Positions 1 to 12,899 of a DNA stretch of 64,000 bases are shown in pieces. The notes beneath the pieces were generated by a model. It was not told the DNA's origin and made no database searches. It worked only from the letters and a program-made list of their open reading frames with translations. The first letter of the stretch is position 1, and the number at the start of each line of letters is the position of its first letter. Source of the stretch: Eledone cirrhosa (taxonomy: Eukaryota); NCBI GenBank assembly GCA_964016885.1, contig OZ024743.1, positions 378,448,001-378,512,000 of the forward strand, given 5' to 3'. The translations under genes and the position numbers were made by a program.

Positions 1-3000
1 AGAAACTGGGGTAGTGGTGGGGTGTAAAACTCTCTCTCTATTGTAGGAGAAACTGGGGTAGTGGTGGGGTGTAAAACTCTCTCTCTAGTGTAGGAGAAAC
101 TGGGGTAGTGGTGGGGTGTAAAACTCTCTCTCTATTGTAGGAGAAACTGGGGTAGTGGTGGGGTGTAAAACTCTCTCTCTAGTGTAGGAGAAACTGGGGT
201 AGTGGTGGGGTGTAAAACTCTCTCTCTAGTGTAGGAGAAACTGGGGTAGTGGTGGGGTGTAAAACTCTCTCTCTCTCTCTAGTGTAGGAGAAACTGGGGT
301 AGTGGTGGGGTGTAAAACTCTCTCTCTAGTGTAGGAGAAACTGGGGTAGTGGTGGGGTGTAAAACTCTCTGTCTCTCTCTAGTGTAGGAGAAACTGGGGT
401 AGTGGTGGGGTGTAAAACTCTCTCTCTAGTGTAGGAGAAACTGGGGTAGTGGTGGGGTGTAAAACTCTCTCTCTAGTGTAGGAGAAACTGGGGTAGTGGT
501 GGGGTGTAAAACTCTCTCTCTAGTGTAGGAGAAACTGGGGTAGTGGTGGGGTGTAAAACTCTCTCTCTAGTGTAGGAGAAACTGGGGTAGTGGTGGGGTG
601 TAAAACTCTCTCTCTAGTGTAGGAGAAACTGGGGTAGTGGTGGGGTGTAAAACTCTCTGTCTCTCTCTAGTGTAGGAGAAACTGGGGTAGTGGTGGGGTG
701 TAAAACTCTCTCTCTAGTGTAGGAGAAACTGGGGTAGTGGTGGGGTGTAAAACTCTCTCTCTAGTGTAGGAGAAACTGGGGTAGTGGTGGGGTGTAAAAC
801 TCTCTCTCTAGTGTAGGAGAAACTGGGGTAGTGGTGGGGTGTAAAACTCTCTCTCTCTCTCTAGTGTAGGAGAAACTGGGGTAGTGGTGGGGTGTAAAAC
901 TCTCTCTCTAGTGTAGGAGAAACTGGGGTAGCGGTGGGGTGTAAAACTCTCTCTCTCTCTCTAGTGTAGGAGAAACTGGGGTAGTGGTGGGGTGTAAAAC
1001 TCTCTCTCTAGTGTAGGAGAAACTGGGGTAGTGGTGGGGTGTAAAACTCTCTGTCTCTAGTGTAAGAGAAACTGGGGTAGTGGTGGGGTGTAAAACTCTC
1101 TCTCTAGTGTAGGAGAAACTGGGGTAGTGGTGGGGTGTAAAACTCTCTCTCTCTCTCTAGTGTAGGAGAAACTGGGGTAGTGGTGGGGTGTAAAACTCTC
1201 TCTCTCTCTAGTGTAAGAGAAACTGGGGTAGTGGTGGGGTGTAAAACTCTCTCTCTAGTGTAGGAGAAACTGGGGTAGTGGTGGGGTGTAAAACTCTCTC
1301 TTAATTGTAGGGGAAACTGGGGTAGTGGTGGGGTGTAAAACTCTCTCTCTAGTGTAGGAGAAACTGGGGTAGTGGTGGGGTGTAAAACTCTCTCTCTCTC
1401 TCTCTCTAGTGTAGGAGAAACTGGGGTAGTGGTGGGGTGTAAAACTCTCTGTCTCTCTAGTGTAGGAGAAACTGGGGTAGTGGTGGGGTGTAAAACTCTC
1501 TGTCTCTCTAGTGTAGGAGAAACTGGGGTAGTGGTGGGGTGTAAAACTCTCTCTGTCTCTAGTGTAGGAGAAACTGGGGTAGTGGTGGGGTGTAAAACGC
1601 TCTCTGTCTCTAGTGTAGGAGAAACTGGGGTAGTGGTGGGGTGTAAAACTCTCTCTCTAGTGTAGGAGAAACTGGGGTAGTGGTGGGGTGTAAAACTCTC
1701 TGTCTCTCTAGTGTAGGAGAAACTGGGGTAGTGGTGGGGTGTAAAACTCTCTGTCTCTCTAGTGTAAGAGAAACTGGGGTAGTGGTGGGGTGTAAAACTC
1801 TCTGTCTCTCTAGTGTAGGAGAAACTGGGGTAGGGGTGGGGTGTAAAACTCTCTCTCTCTCTAGTGTAGGAGAAACTGGGGTAGTGGTGGGGTGTAAAAC
1901 TCTCTCTCTAGTGTATGAGAAACTGGGGTAGTGGTGGGGTGTAAAACTCTCTCTCTAGTGTATGAGAAACTGGGGTAGTGGTGGGGTGTAAAACTCTCTC
2001 TCTAGTGTAGGAGAAACTGGGGTAGTGGTGGGGTGTAAAACTCTCTCTCTCTCTCTAGTGTAGGAGAAACTGGGGTAGTGGTGGGGTGTAAAACTCTCTC
2101 TCTAGTGTAGGAGAAACTGGGGTAGTGGTGGGGTGTAAAACTCTCTCTTTCTCTCTAGTGTAGGAGATACTGGGGTAGTGGTGGGGTGTAAAACTCTCTC
2201 TCTAGTGTAGGAGAAACTGGGGTAGTGGTGGGGTGTAAAACTCTCTCTCTCTCTCTAGTGTAGGAGAAACTGGGGTAGTGGTGGGGTGTAACTCTCTCTC
2301 TCTCTAGTGTAGGAGAAACTGGGGTAGTGGTGGGGTGTAAAACTCTCTCTCTCTCTCTAGTGTAAGAGAAACTGGGGTAGTGGTGGGGTGTAAAACTCTC
2401 TCTCTGGTGTAGGAGAAACTGGGGTAGTGGTTGGGTGTAAAACTCTCTCTCTCTCTCTAGTGTAGGAGAAACTGGGGTAGTGGTGGGGTGTAAAACTCTC
2501 TCTCTCTCTAGTGTAGGAGAAACTGGGGTAGTGGTGGGGTGTAAAACTCTCTCTCTCTCTAGTGTAAGAGAAACTGGGGTAGTGGTGGGGTGTAAAACTC
2601 TCTCTCTCTCTAGTGTAGGAGAAACTGGGGTAGTGGTGGGGTGTAAAACTCTCTCTCTCTCTAGTGTAAGAGAAACTGGGGTAGTGGTGGGGTGTAAAAC
2701 TCTCTCTCTGGTGTTGGAGAAACTGGGGTAGTGGTTGGGTGTAAAACTCTCTCTCTCTCTCTAGTGTAGGAGAAACTGGGGTAGTGGTGGGGTGTAAAAC
2801 TCTCTCTCTCTCTCTAGTGTAGGAGAAACTGGGGTAGTGGTGGGGTGGAAAACTCTCTCTCTCTCTAGTGTAGGAGAAACTGAGGTAGTGGTGGGGTGTA
2901 AAACTCTCTCTCTCTCTAGTGTAAGAGAAACTGGGGTAGTGGTGGGGTGTAAAACTCTCTCTCTCTCTAGTGTAGGAGAAACTGGGGTAGTGGTGGGGTG

Positions 3001-6000
3001 TAAAACTCTCTCTCTCTCTAGTGTAAGAGAAACTGGGGTAGTGGTGGGGTGTAAAACTCTCTCTCTGGTGTAGGAGAAACTGGGGTAGTGGTTGGGTGTA
3101 AAATTCTCTCTCTCTCTCTAGTGTAGGAGAAACTGGGGTAGTGGTGGGGTGTAAAACTCTCTCTCTGGTGTAGGAGAAACTGGGGTAGTGGTTGGGTGTA
3201 AAACCCTCTCTCTCTCTCTAGTGTAGGAGAAACTGGGGTAGTGGTGGGGTGTAAAACTCTCTCTCTCTCTAGTGTAGGAGAAACTGGGGTAGTGGTGGGG
3301 TGTAAAACTCTCTCTCTCTCTGGTGTAAGAGAAACTGGGGTAGTGGTGGGGTGTAAAACTCTCTGTCTCTCTCTAGTGTAGGAGAAACTGGGGTAGTGGT
3401 GGGGTGTAAAACTCTCTCTCTCTCTAGTGTAAGAGAAACTGGGGTAGTGGTGGGGTGTAAAACACTCTCTCTCTCTAGTGTAGGAGAAACTGGGGTAGTG
3501 GTGGGGTGTAAAACTCTCTCTCTCTCTAGTGTAAGAGAAACTGGGGTAGTGGTGGGGTGTAAAACTCTCTCTCTCTCTCTAGTGTAAGAGAAACTGGGGT
3601 AGTGGTGGGGTGTAAAACTCTCTCTCTCTCTCTAGTGTAAGAGAAACTGGGGTAGTGGTGGGGTGTAAAACTCTCTCTCTGGTGTAGGAGAAACTGGGGT
3701 AGTGGTTGGGTGTAAAACTCTCTCTCTCTCTCTAGTGTAGGAGAAACTGGGGTAGTGGTGGGGTGTAAAACTCTCTCTCTCTCTAGTGTAGGAGAAACTG
3801 GGGTAGTGGTGGGGTGTAAAACTCTCTCTCTCTCTAGTGTAAGAGAAACTGGGGTAGTGGTGGGGTGTAAAACTCTCTGTCTCTCTCTAGTGTAGGAGAA
3901 ACTGGGGTAGTGGTGGGGTGTAAAACTCTCTCTCTCTCTAGTGTAAGAGAAACTGGGGTAGTGGTGGGGTGTAAAACTCTCTCTCTCTCTAGTGTCAGAG
4001 AAACTGGGGTAGTGGTGGGGTGTAAAACTCTCTCTCTAGTGTAAGAGAAACTGGGGTAGTGGTGGGGTGTAAAACTCTCTCTCTCTCTAGTGTAAGAGAA
4101 ACTGGGGTAGTGGTGGGGTGTAAAACTCTCTCTCTCTCTAGTGTAAGAGAAACTGGGGTAGTGGTGGGGTGTAAAACTCTCTCTCTCTCTAGTGTAAGAG
4201 AAACTGGGGTAGTGGTGGGGTGTAAAACTCTCTCTCTCTCTAGTGTAAGAGAAACTGGGGTAGTGGTGGGGTGTAAAACTCTCTGTCTCTAGTGTAGGAG
4301 AGACTGGGGTAGTGGTGGGGTGTAAAACTCTCTCTCTCTAGTGTAGGAGAAACTGGGGTAGTGGTGGGGTGTAAAACTCTCTCTCTCTAGTGTAGGAGAA
4401 ACTGGGGTAGTGGTGGGGTGTAAAACTCTCTGTCTCTCTCTAGTGTAGGAGAAACTGGGGTAGTGGTGGGGTGTAAAACTCTCTGTCTCTCTCTAGTGTA
4501 GGAGAAACTGGGGTAGTGGTGGGGTGTAAAACTCTCTCTCTAGTGTAGTAGAAACTGGGGTAGTGGTGGGGTGTAAAACTCTCTCTCTAGTGTAGTAGAA
4601 ACTGGGGTAGTGGTGGGGTTTAAAACTCTCTCTCTCTCTCTCTCTCTAGTGTAGGAGAAACTGGGGTAGTGGTGGGGTGTAAAACTCTCTCTCTCTCTAG
4701 TGTAGGAGAAACTGGGGTAATGGTGGGGTGTAAAACTCTCTCTCTCTAGTGTAAGAGAAACTGGGGTAGTGGTGGGGTGTAAAACTCTCTGTCTCTAGTG
4801 TAGGAGAAACTGGGGTAGGGTGGGGTGTAAAACTCTCTCTCTCTAGTGTAAGAGAAACTGGGGTAGTGGTGGGGTGTAAAACTCTCTCTCTCTAGTGTAA
4901 GAGAAACTGGGGTAATGGTGGGGTGTAAAACTCTCTCTCTCTAGTGTAAGAGAAACTGGGGTAGTGGTGGGGTGTAAAACTCTCTCTCTCTAGTGTAGGA
5001 GAAACTGGGGTAGTGGTGGGGTGTAAAACTCTCTGTCTCTCTCTAGTGTAGGAGAAACTGGGGTAGTGGTGGGGTGTAAAACTCTCTGTCTCTCTCTAGT
5101 GTAGGAGAAACTGGGGTAGTGGTGGGGTGTAAAACTTTCTGTCTCTCTCTAGTGTAGGAGAAACTGGGGTAGTGGTGGGGTGTAAAACTCTCTGTCTCTC
5201 TCTAGTGTAGGAGAAACTGGGGTAGTGGTGGGGTGTAAAACTCTCTCTCTCTCTAGTGTAGGAGAAACTGGGGTAGTGGTGGGGTGTAAAACTCTCTCTC
5301 TAGTGTATGAGAAACTGGGGTAGTGGTGGGGTGTAAAACTCTCTGTCTCTAGTGTAGGAGAAACTGGGGTAGTGGTGGGGTGTAAAACTCTCTCTCTCTC
5401 TCTAGTGTAAGAGAAACTGGGGTAGTGGTGGGGTGTAAAACTCTCTCTCTCTAGTGTATGAGAAACTGGGGTAGTGGTGGGGTGTGAAACTCTCTCTCTC
5501 TAGTGTATGAGAAACTGGGGTAGTGGTGGGGTGTAAAACTCTCTCTCTAGTGTAAGAGAAACTGGGGTAGTGGTGGGGTGTAAAACTCTCTCTCTCTAGT
5601 GTATGAGAAACTGGGGTAGTGGTGGGGTGTGAAACTCTCTCTCTCTAGTGTATGAGAAACTGGGGTAGTGGTGGGGTGTAAAACTCTCTCTCTAGTGTAA
5701 GAGAAACTGGGGTAGTGGTGGGGTGTAAAACTCTCTCTCTCTCTCTAGTGTAAGAGAAACTGGGGTAGTGGTGGGGTGTAAATCTCTCTCTCTCTAGTGT
5801 AGGAGAAACTGGAGTAGTGGTGGGGTGTAAAACTCTCTCTCTCTCTCTAGTGTAAGAGAAACTGGGGTAGTGGTGGGGTGTAAAACTCTCTCTCTCTCTC
5901 TAGTGTAAGAGAAACTGGGGTAGTGGTGGGGTGTAAAACTCTCTCTCTCTAGTGTAAGAGAAACTGGGGTAGTGGTGGGGTGTAAAACTCTCTCTCTCTC

Positions 6001-9000
6001 TCTAGTGTGAGAGAAACTGGGGTAGTGGTGGGGTGTAAAACTCTCTCTCTCTCTCTAGTGTAAGAGAAACTGGGGTAGTGGTGGGGTGTAAAACTCTCTC
6101 TCTAGTGTATGAGAAACTGGGGTAGTGGTGGGGTGTAAAACTCTCTCTCTCTAGTGTAAGAGAAACTGGGGTAGTGGTGGGGTGTAAAACTCTCTCTCTC
6201 TAGTGTAAGAGAAACTGGGGTAGTGGTGGGGTGTAAAACTCTCTCTCTCTCTCTAGTGTAAGAGAAACTGGGGTAGTGGTGGGGTGTAAATCTCTCTCTC
6301 TCTCTAGTGTAGGAGAAACTGGGGTAGTGGTGGGGTGTAAAACTCTCTCTCTCTCTCTAGTGTAAGAGAAACTGGGGTAGTGGTGGGGTGTAAAACTCTC
6401 TCTCTCTAGTGTATGAGAAACTGGGGTAGTGGTGGGGTGTGAAACTCTCTCTCTCTAGTGTATGAGAAACTGGGGTAGTGGTGGGGTGTAAAACTCTCTC
6501 TCTAGTGTAAGAGAAACTGGGGTAGTGGTGGGGTGTAAAACTCTCTCTCTCTAGTGTATGAGAAACTGGGGTAGTGGTGGGGTGTGAAACTCTCTCTCTC
6601 TAGTGTATGAGAAACTGGGGTAGTGGTGGGGTGTAAAACTCTCTCTCTAGTGTAAGAGAAACTGGGGTAGTGGTGGGGTGTAAAACTCTCTCTCTTTAGT
6701 GTAGGAGAAACTGGGGTAGGGGTGGGGTGTAAAACTCTCTCTCTAGTGTAGGAGAAACTGGGGCAGTGGTGGGGTGTAAAACTCTCTCTCTAGTGTAGGA
6801 GAAACTGGGGCAGTGGTGGGGTGTAAAACTCTCTCTCTCTCTCTAGTGTAGGAGAAACTGGGGTAGTGGTGGGGTGTAAAACTCTCTCTCTCTCTCTAGT
6901 GTAGGAGAAACTGGGGTAGTGGTGGGGTGTAAAACACTCTCTCTAGTGTAGTAGAAACTGGGGTAGTGGTGGGGTGTAAAACTCTCTCTCTCTCTCTCTC
7001 TCTAGTGTAGGAGAAACTGGGGTAGTGGTGGGGTGTAAAACTCTCTCTCTAGTGTAGGAGAAACTGGGGTAGTGGTGGGGTGTAAAACTCTCTCTCTATT
7101 GTAGGAGAAACTGGGGTAGTGGTGGGGTGTAAAACTCTCTCTCTAGTGTAGGAGAAACTGGGGTAGTGGTGGGGTGTAAAACTCTCTCTCTATTGTAGGA
7201 GAAACTGGGGTAGTGGTGGGGTGTAAAACTCTCTCTCTAGTGTAGGAGAAACTGGGGTAGTGGTGGGGTGTAAAACTCTCTCTCTAGTGTAGGAGAAACT
7301 GGGGTAGTGGTGGGGTGTAAAACTCTCTCTCTCTCACTAGTGTAGGAGAAACTGGGTTAGTGGTGGGGTGTAAAACTCTCTCTCTAGTGTAGGAGGAACT
7401 GGGGTAGTGGTGGGGTGTAAAACTCTCTCTCTAGTGTAGGAGAACTGGGGTAGTGGTGCGGTGTAAAACTCTCTCTCTAGTGTAGGAGAAACTGGGGTGG
7501 TGGGGTGTAAAACTCTCTCTCTCTCTCTAGTGTAGGAGAAACTGGGGTAGTGGTTGGGTGTAAAACTCTCTCTCTAGTGTAGGAGAAACTGGGGTAGTGG
7601 TGGGGTGTAAAACTCTCTCACTAGTGTAGGAGAAACTGGGGTAGTGGTGCGGTGTAAAACTCTCTCTCTAGTGTAGGAGAAACTGGGGTAGTGGTGGGGT
7701 GTAAAACTCTCTCTCTCTCTCTAGTGTAGGAGGAACTGGGGTAGTGGTGGGGTGTAAAACTCTCTCTCTCTCTCTAGTGTAGGAGAAACTGGGGTAGTGG
7801 TGGTGTGTAAAACTCTCTCTCTCTCTCTAGTGTAGGAGAAACTGGGTTAGTGGTGGGGTGTAAAACTCTCTGTCTCTCTCTAGTGTAGGAGAAACTGGGT
7901 TAGTGGTGGGGTGTAAAACTCTCTCTCTAGTGTAAGAGAAACTGGGGTAGTGGTGGGGTGTAAAACTCTCTCTCTCTCTCTCTCTAGTGTAGGAGAAACT
8001 GGGGTAGTGGTGGGGTGTAAAACTCTCTGTCTCTCTCTAGTGTAGGAGAAACTGGGGTAGTGGTGGGGTGTAAAACTCTCTGTCTCTCTCTAGTGTAGGA
8101 GAAACTGGGGTAGTGGTGGGGTGTAAAACTCTCTGTCTCTCTCTAGTGTAGGAGAAACTGGGGTAGTGGTGGGGTGTAAAACTCTCTGTCTCTCTCTAGT
8201 GTAGGAGAAACTGGGGTAGTGGTGGGGTGTAAAACTCTCTGTCTCTCTCTAGTGTAGGAGAAACTGGGGTAGTGGTGGGGTGTAAAACTCTCTCTCTCTC
8301 TCTAGTGTAGGAGAAACTGGGTTAGTGGTGGGGTGTAAAACTCTCTCTCTCTCTCTAGTGTAGGAGAAACTGGGGTAGTGGTGGGGTGTAAAACTCTCTG
8401 TCTCTCTCTAGTGTAGGAGAAACTGGGGTAGTGGTGGGGTGTAAAACTCTCTGTCTCTCTCTAGTGTAGGAGAAACTGGGGTAGTGGTGGGGTGTAAAAC
8501 TCTCTCTGTCTAGTGTAGGAGAAACTGGGGTAGTGGTGGGGTGTAAAACTCTCTCTCTCTAGTGTAGGAGAAACTGGGGTAGTGGTGGGGTGTAAAACTC
8601 TCTCTCTCTAGTGTTGGAGAAACTGGGGTAGTGGTGGGGTGTAAAACTCTCTCTCTCTAGTGTAGGAGAAACTGGGGTAGTGGTGGGGTGTAAAACTCTC
8701 TCTCTCTCACTAGTGTAGGAGAAACTGGGTTAGTGGTGGGGTGTAAAACTCTCTCTCTCTCTCTAGTGTAGGAGAAACTGGGGTAGTGGTGGGGTCTAAA
8801 ACTCTCTCTCTCTCTCTCTCTAGTGTAGGAGAAACTGGGGTAGTGGTGGGGTGTAAAACTCTCTCTCTCTCTCTCTCTAGTGTAGGAGAAACTGGGGTAG
8901 TGGTGGGGTGTAAAACTCTCTCTCTCTCTCTCTCTAGTGTAGGAGAAACTGGGGTAGTGGTGGGGTGTAAAACTCTCTCTCTAGTGTAGGAGGAACTGGA

Positions 9001-12000
9001 GTAGTGGTGGGGTGTAAAACTCTCTGTCTCTCTCTAGTGTAAGAGAAACTGGGGTAGTGGTGGGGTGTAAAACTCTGTCTCTAGTGTAAGAGAAACTGGG
9101 GTAGTGGTGGGGTGTAAAACTCTCTGTCTCTCTCTAGTGTAGGAGAAACTGGGGTAGTGGTGGGGTGTAAAACTCTCTGTCTCTCTCTAGTGTAGGAGAA
9201 ACTGGGGTAGTGGTGGGGTGTAAAACTCTCTGTCTCTCTCTAGTGTAGGAGAAACTGGGGTAGTGGTGGGGTGTAAAACTCTCTCTCTCTCTCTAGTGTA
9301 GGAGAAACTGGGGTAGTGGTGGGGTGTAAAACTCTCTGTCTCTCTCTAGTGTAGGAGAAACTGGGGTAGTGGTGGGGTGTAAAACTCTCTCTCTCTCTCT
9401 AGTGTAGGAGAAACTGGGGTAGTGGTGGGGTGTAAAACTCTCTCTCTCTCTCTAGTGTAGGAGAAACTGGGGTAGTGGTGGGGTGTAAAACTCTCTCTCT
9501 CTCTCTAGTGTAGGAGAAACTGGGGTAGTGGTGGGGTGTAAAACTCTCTCTCTCTCTCTCTCTAGTGTAGGAGAAACTGGGGTAGTGGTGGGGTGTAAAA
9601 CTCTCTCTCTCTCTCTAGTGTAGGAGAAACTGGGGTAGTGGTGGGGTGTAAAACTCTCTGTCTCTCTCTAGTGTAGGAGAAACTGGGGTAGTGGTGGGGT
9701 GTAAAACTCTCTCTCTCTCTCTAGTGTAGGAGAAACTGGGGTAGTGGTGGGGTGTAAAACTCTCTCTCTCTCTCTAGTGTAGGAGAAACTGGGGTAGTGG
9801 TGGGGTGTAAAACTCTCTCTCTCTCTAGTGTAAGAGAAACTGGGGTAGTGGTGGGGTGTAAAACTCTCTCTCTCTCTAGTGTAAGAGAAACTGGGGTAGT
9901 GGTGGGGTGTAAAACTCTCTCTCTCTCTAGTGTAAGAGAAACTGGGGTAGTGGTGGGGTGTAAAACTCTGTCTCTAGTGTAAGAGAAACTGGGGTAGTGG
10001 TGGGGTGTAAAACTCTCTCTCTCTCTACTGTAAGAGAAACTGGGGTAGTGGTGGGGTGTAAAACTCTCTCTCTCTCTAGTGTAAGAGAAACTGGGGTAGT
10101 GGTGGGGTGTAAAACTCTCTCTCTCTGTAGTGTAAGAGAAACTGGGGTAGTGGTGGGGTGTAAAACTCTCTCTCTCTCTAGTGTAAGAGAAACTGGGGTA
10201 GTGGTGGGGTGTAAAACTCTGTCTCTAGTGTAAGAGAAACTGGGGTAGTGGTGGGGTGTAAAACTCTCTCTCTCTCTAGTGTAAGAGAAACTGGGGTAGT
10301 GGTGGGGTGTAAAACTCTCTCTCTCTCTAGTGTAAGAGAAACTGGGGTAGTGGTGGGGTGTAAAACTCTCTCTCTCTCTAGTGTAAGAGAAACTGGGGTA
10401 GTGGTGGGGTGTAAAACTCTGTCTCTAGTGTAAGAGAAACTGGGGTAGTGGTGGGGTGTAAAACTCTCTGTCTCTCTCTAGTGTAGGAGAAACTGGGGTA
10501 GTGGTGGGGTGTAAAACTCTCTGTCTCTCTCTAGTGTAGGAGAAACTGGGGTAGTGGTGGGGTGTAAAACTCTCTGTCTCTCTCTAGTGTAGGAGAAACT
10601 GGGGTAGTGGTGGGGTGTAAAACTCTCTCTCTCTCTAGTGTAGGAGAAACTGGGGTAGTGGTGGGGTGTAAAACTCTCTGTCTCTCTCTAGTGTAGGAGA
10701 AACTGGGGTAGTGGTGGGGTGTAAAACTCTCTGTCTCTCTCTAGTGTAGGAGAAACTGGGGTAGTGGTGGGGTGTAAAACTCTCTGTCTCTCTCTAGTGT
10801 AGGAGAAACTGGGGTAGTGGTGGGGTGTAAAACTCTCTGTCTCTCTCTAGTGTAGGAGAAACTGGGGTAGTGGTGGGGTGTAAAACTCTCTGTCTCTCTC
10901 TAGTGTAGGAGAAACTGGGGTAGTGGTGGGGTGTAAAACTCTCTCTCTCTCTAGTGTAGGAGAAACTGGGGTAGTGGTGGGGTGTAAAACTCTCTCTCTC
11001 TAGTGTAAGAGAAACTGGGGTAGTGGTGGGGTGTAAAACTCTCTGTCTCTAGTGTAGGAGAAACTGGGGTAGTGGTGGGGTGTAAAACTCTCTCTCTCTA
11101 GTGTAAGAGAAACTGGGGTAGTGGTGGGGTGTAAAACTCTCTCTCTCTTGTGTAAGCGAAACTGGGGTAGTGGTGGGGTGTAAAACTCTCTCTCTCTAGT
11201 GTAAGAGAAACTGGGGTAGTGGTGGGGTGTAAAACTCTCTAGTGTAGGAGAAACTGGGGTAGTGGTGGGGTGTAAAACTCTCTCTCTCTAGTGTAAGAGA
11301 AACTGGGGTAGTGGTGGGGTGTAAAACTCTCTCTCTCTAGTGTAAGAGAAACTGGTGTAGTGGTGGGGTGTAAAACTCTCTCTCTCTAGTGTAAGAGAAA
11401 CTGGGGTAGTGGTGGGGTGTAAAACTCTCTGTCTCTCTCTAGTGTAGGAGAAAATGGGGTAGTGGTGGGGTGTAAAACTCTCTGTCTCTCTCTAATGTAG
11501 GAGAAACTGGGGTAGTGGTGGGGTGTAAAACTCTCTGTCTCTCTCTAGTGTAGGAAAAACTGGGGTAGTGGTGGGGTGTAAAACTCTCTCTCTCTCTAGT
11601 GTAGGAGAAACTGGGGTAGTGGTGGGGTGTAAAACTCTCTCTCTAGTGTATGAGAAACTGGGGTAGTGGTGGGGTGTAAAACTCTCTGTCTCTAGTGTAG
11701 GAGAAACTGGGGTAGTGGTGGGGTGTAAAACTCTCTCTCTCTAGTGTAAGAGAAACTGGGGTAGTGGTGGGGTGTAAAACTCTCTCTCTCTAGTGTAAGC
11801 GAAACTGGGGTAGTGGTGGGGTGTAAAACTCTCTCTCTCTAGTGTAAGAGAAACTGGGGTAGTGGTGGGGTGTAAAACTCTCTCTCTCTAGTGTAAGAGA
11901 AACTGGGGTAATGGTGGGGTGTAAAACTCTCTCTCTCTAGTGTAAGAGAAACTGGGGTAGTGGTGGGGTGTAAAACTCTCTCTCTCTAGTGTAGGAGAAA

Positions 12001-12899
12001 CTGGGGTAGTGGTGGGGTGTAAAACTCTCTAGTGTAGGAGAAACTGGGGGTAGTGGTGGGGTGTAAAACTCTCTCTCTCTAGTGTAAGAGAAGCTGGGGT
12101 AGTGGTGGGGTGTAAAACTCTCTCTCTCTAGTGTAAGAGAAACTGGGGTAGTGGTGGGGTGTAAAACTCTCTCTCTCTAGTGTAAGAGAAACTGGGGTAG
12201 TGGTGGGGTGTAAAACTCTCTCTCTAGTGTATGAGAAACTGGGGTAGTGGTGGGGTGTAAAACTCTCTCTCTCTAGTGTAGGAGAAACTGGGGTAGTGGT
12301 GGGGTGTAAAACTCTCTCTCTCTCTCTAGTGTAAGAGAAACTGGGGTAGTGGTGGGGTGTAAAACTCTCTCTCTCTAGTGTAAGAGAAACTGGGGTAGTG
12401 GTGGGGTGTAAAACTCTCTCTTTCTCTCTAGTGTAAGAGAAACTGGGGTAGTGGTGGGGTGTAACTCTCTCTCTCTCTAGTGTAGGAGAAACTGGGGTAG
12501 TGGTGGGGTGTAAAACTCTCTCTCTCTCTCTAGTGTAAGAGAAACTGGGGTAGTGGTGGGGTGTAAAACTCTCTCTTTCCCTCTAGTGTAAGAGAAACTG
12601 GGGTAGTGGTGGGGTGTAACTCTCTCTCTCTCTAGTGTAGGAGAAACTGGGGTAGTGGTGGGGTGTAAAACTCTCTCTCTCTCTCTAGTGTAAGAGAAAC
12701 TGGGGTAGTGGTGGGGTGTAAAACTCTCTCTCTCTCTCTAGTGTAAGAGAAACTGGGGTAGTGGTGGGGTGTAAAACTCTCTCTCTCTAGTGTAAGAGAA
12801 ACTGGGGTAGTGGTGGGGTGTAAAACTCTCTCTCTCTCTCTAGTGTAAGAGAAACTGGGGTAGTGGTGGGGTGTAAAACTCTCTCTCTCTCTCTAGTGT

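Noticed and set aside
14-24. Chi-like (GCTGGTGG) or SRE-like (ATCACCCCAC) sites in GTGGTGGGGTG
   Set aside because: The matches are imperfect and expected by chance in G/T-rich sequence, with no supporting context.
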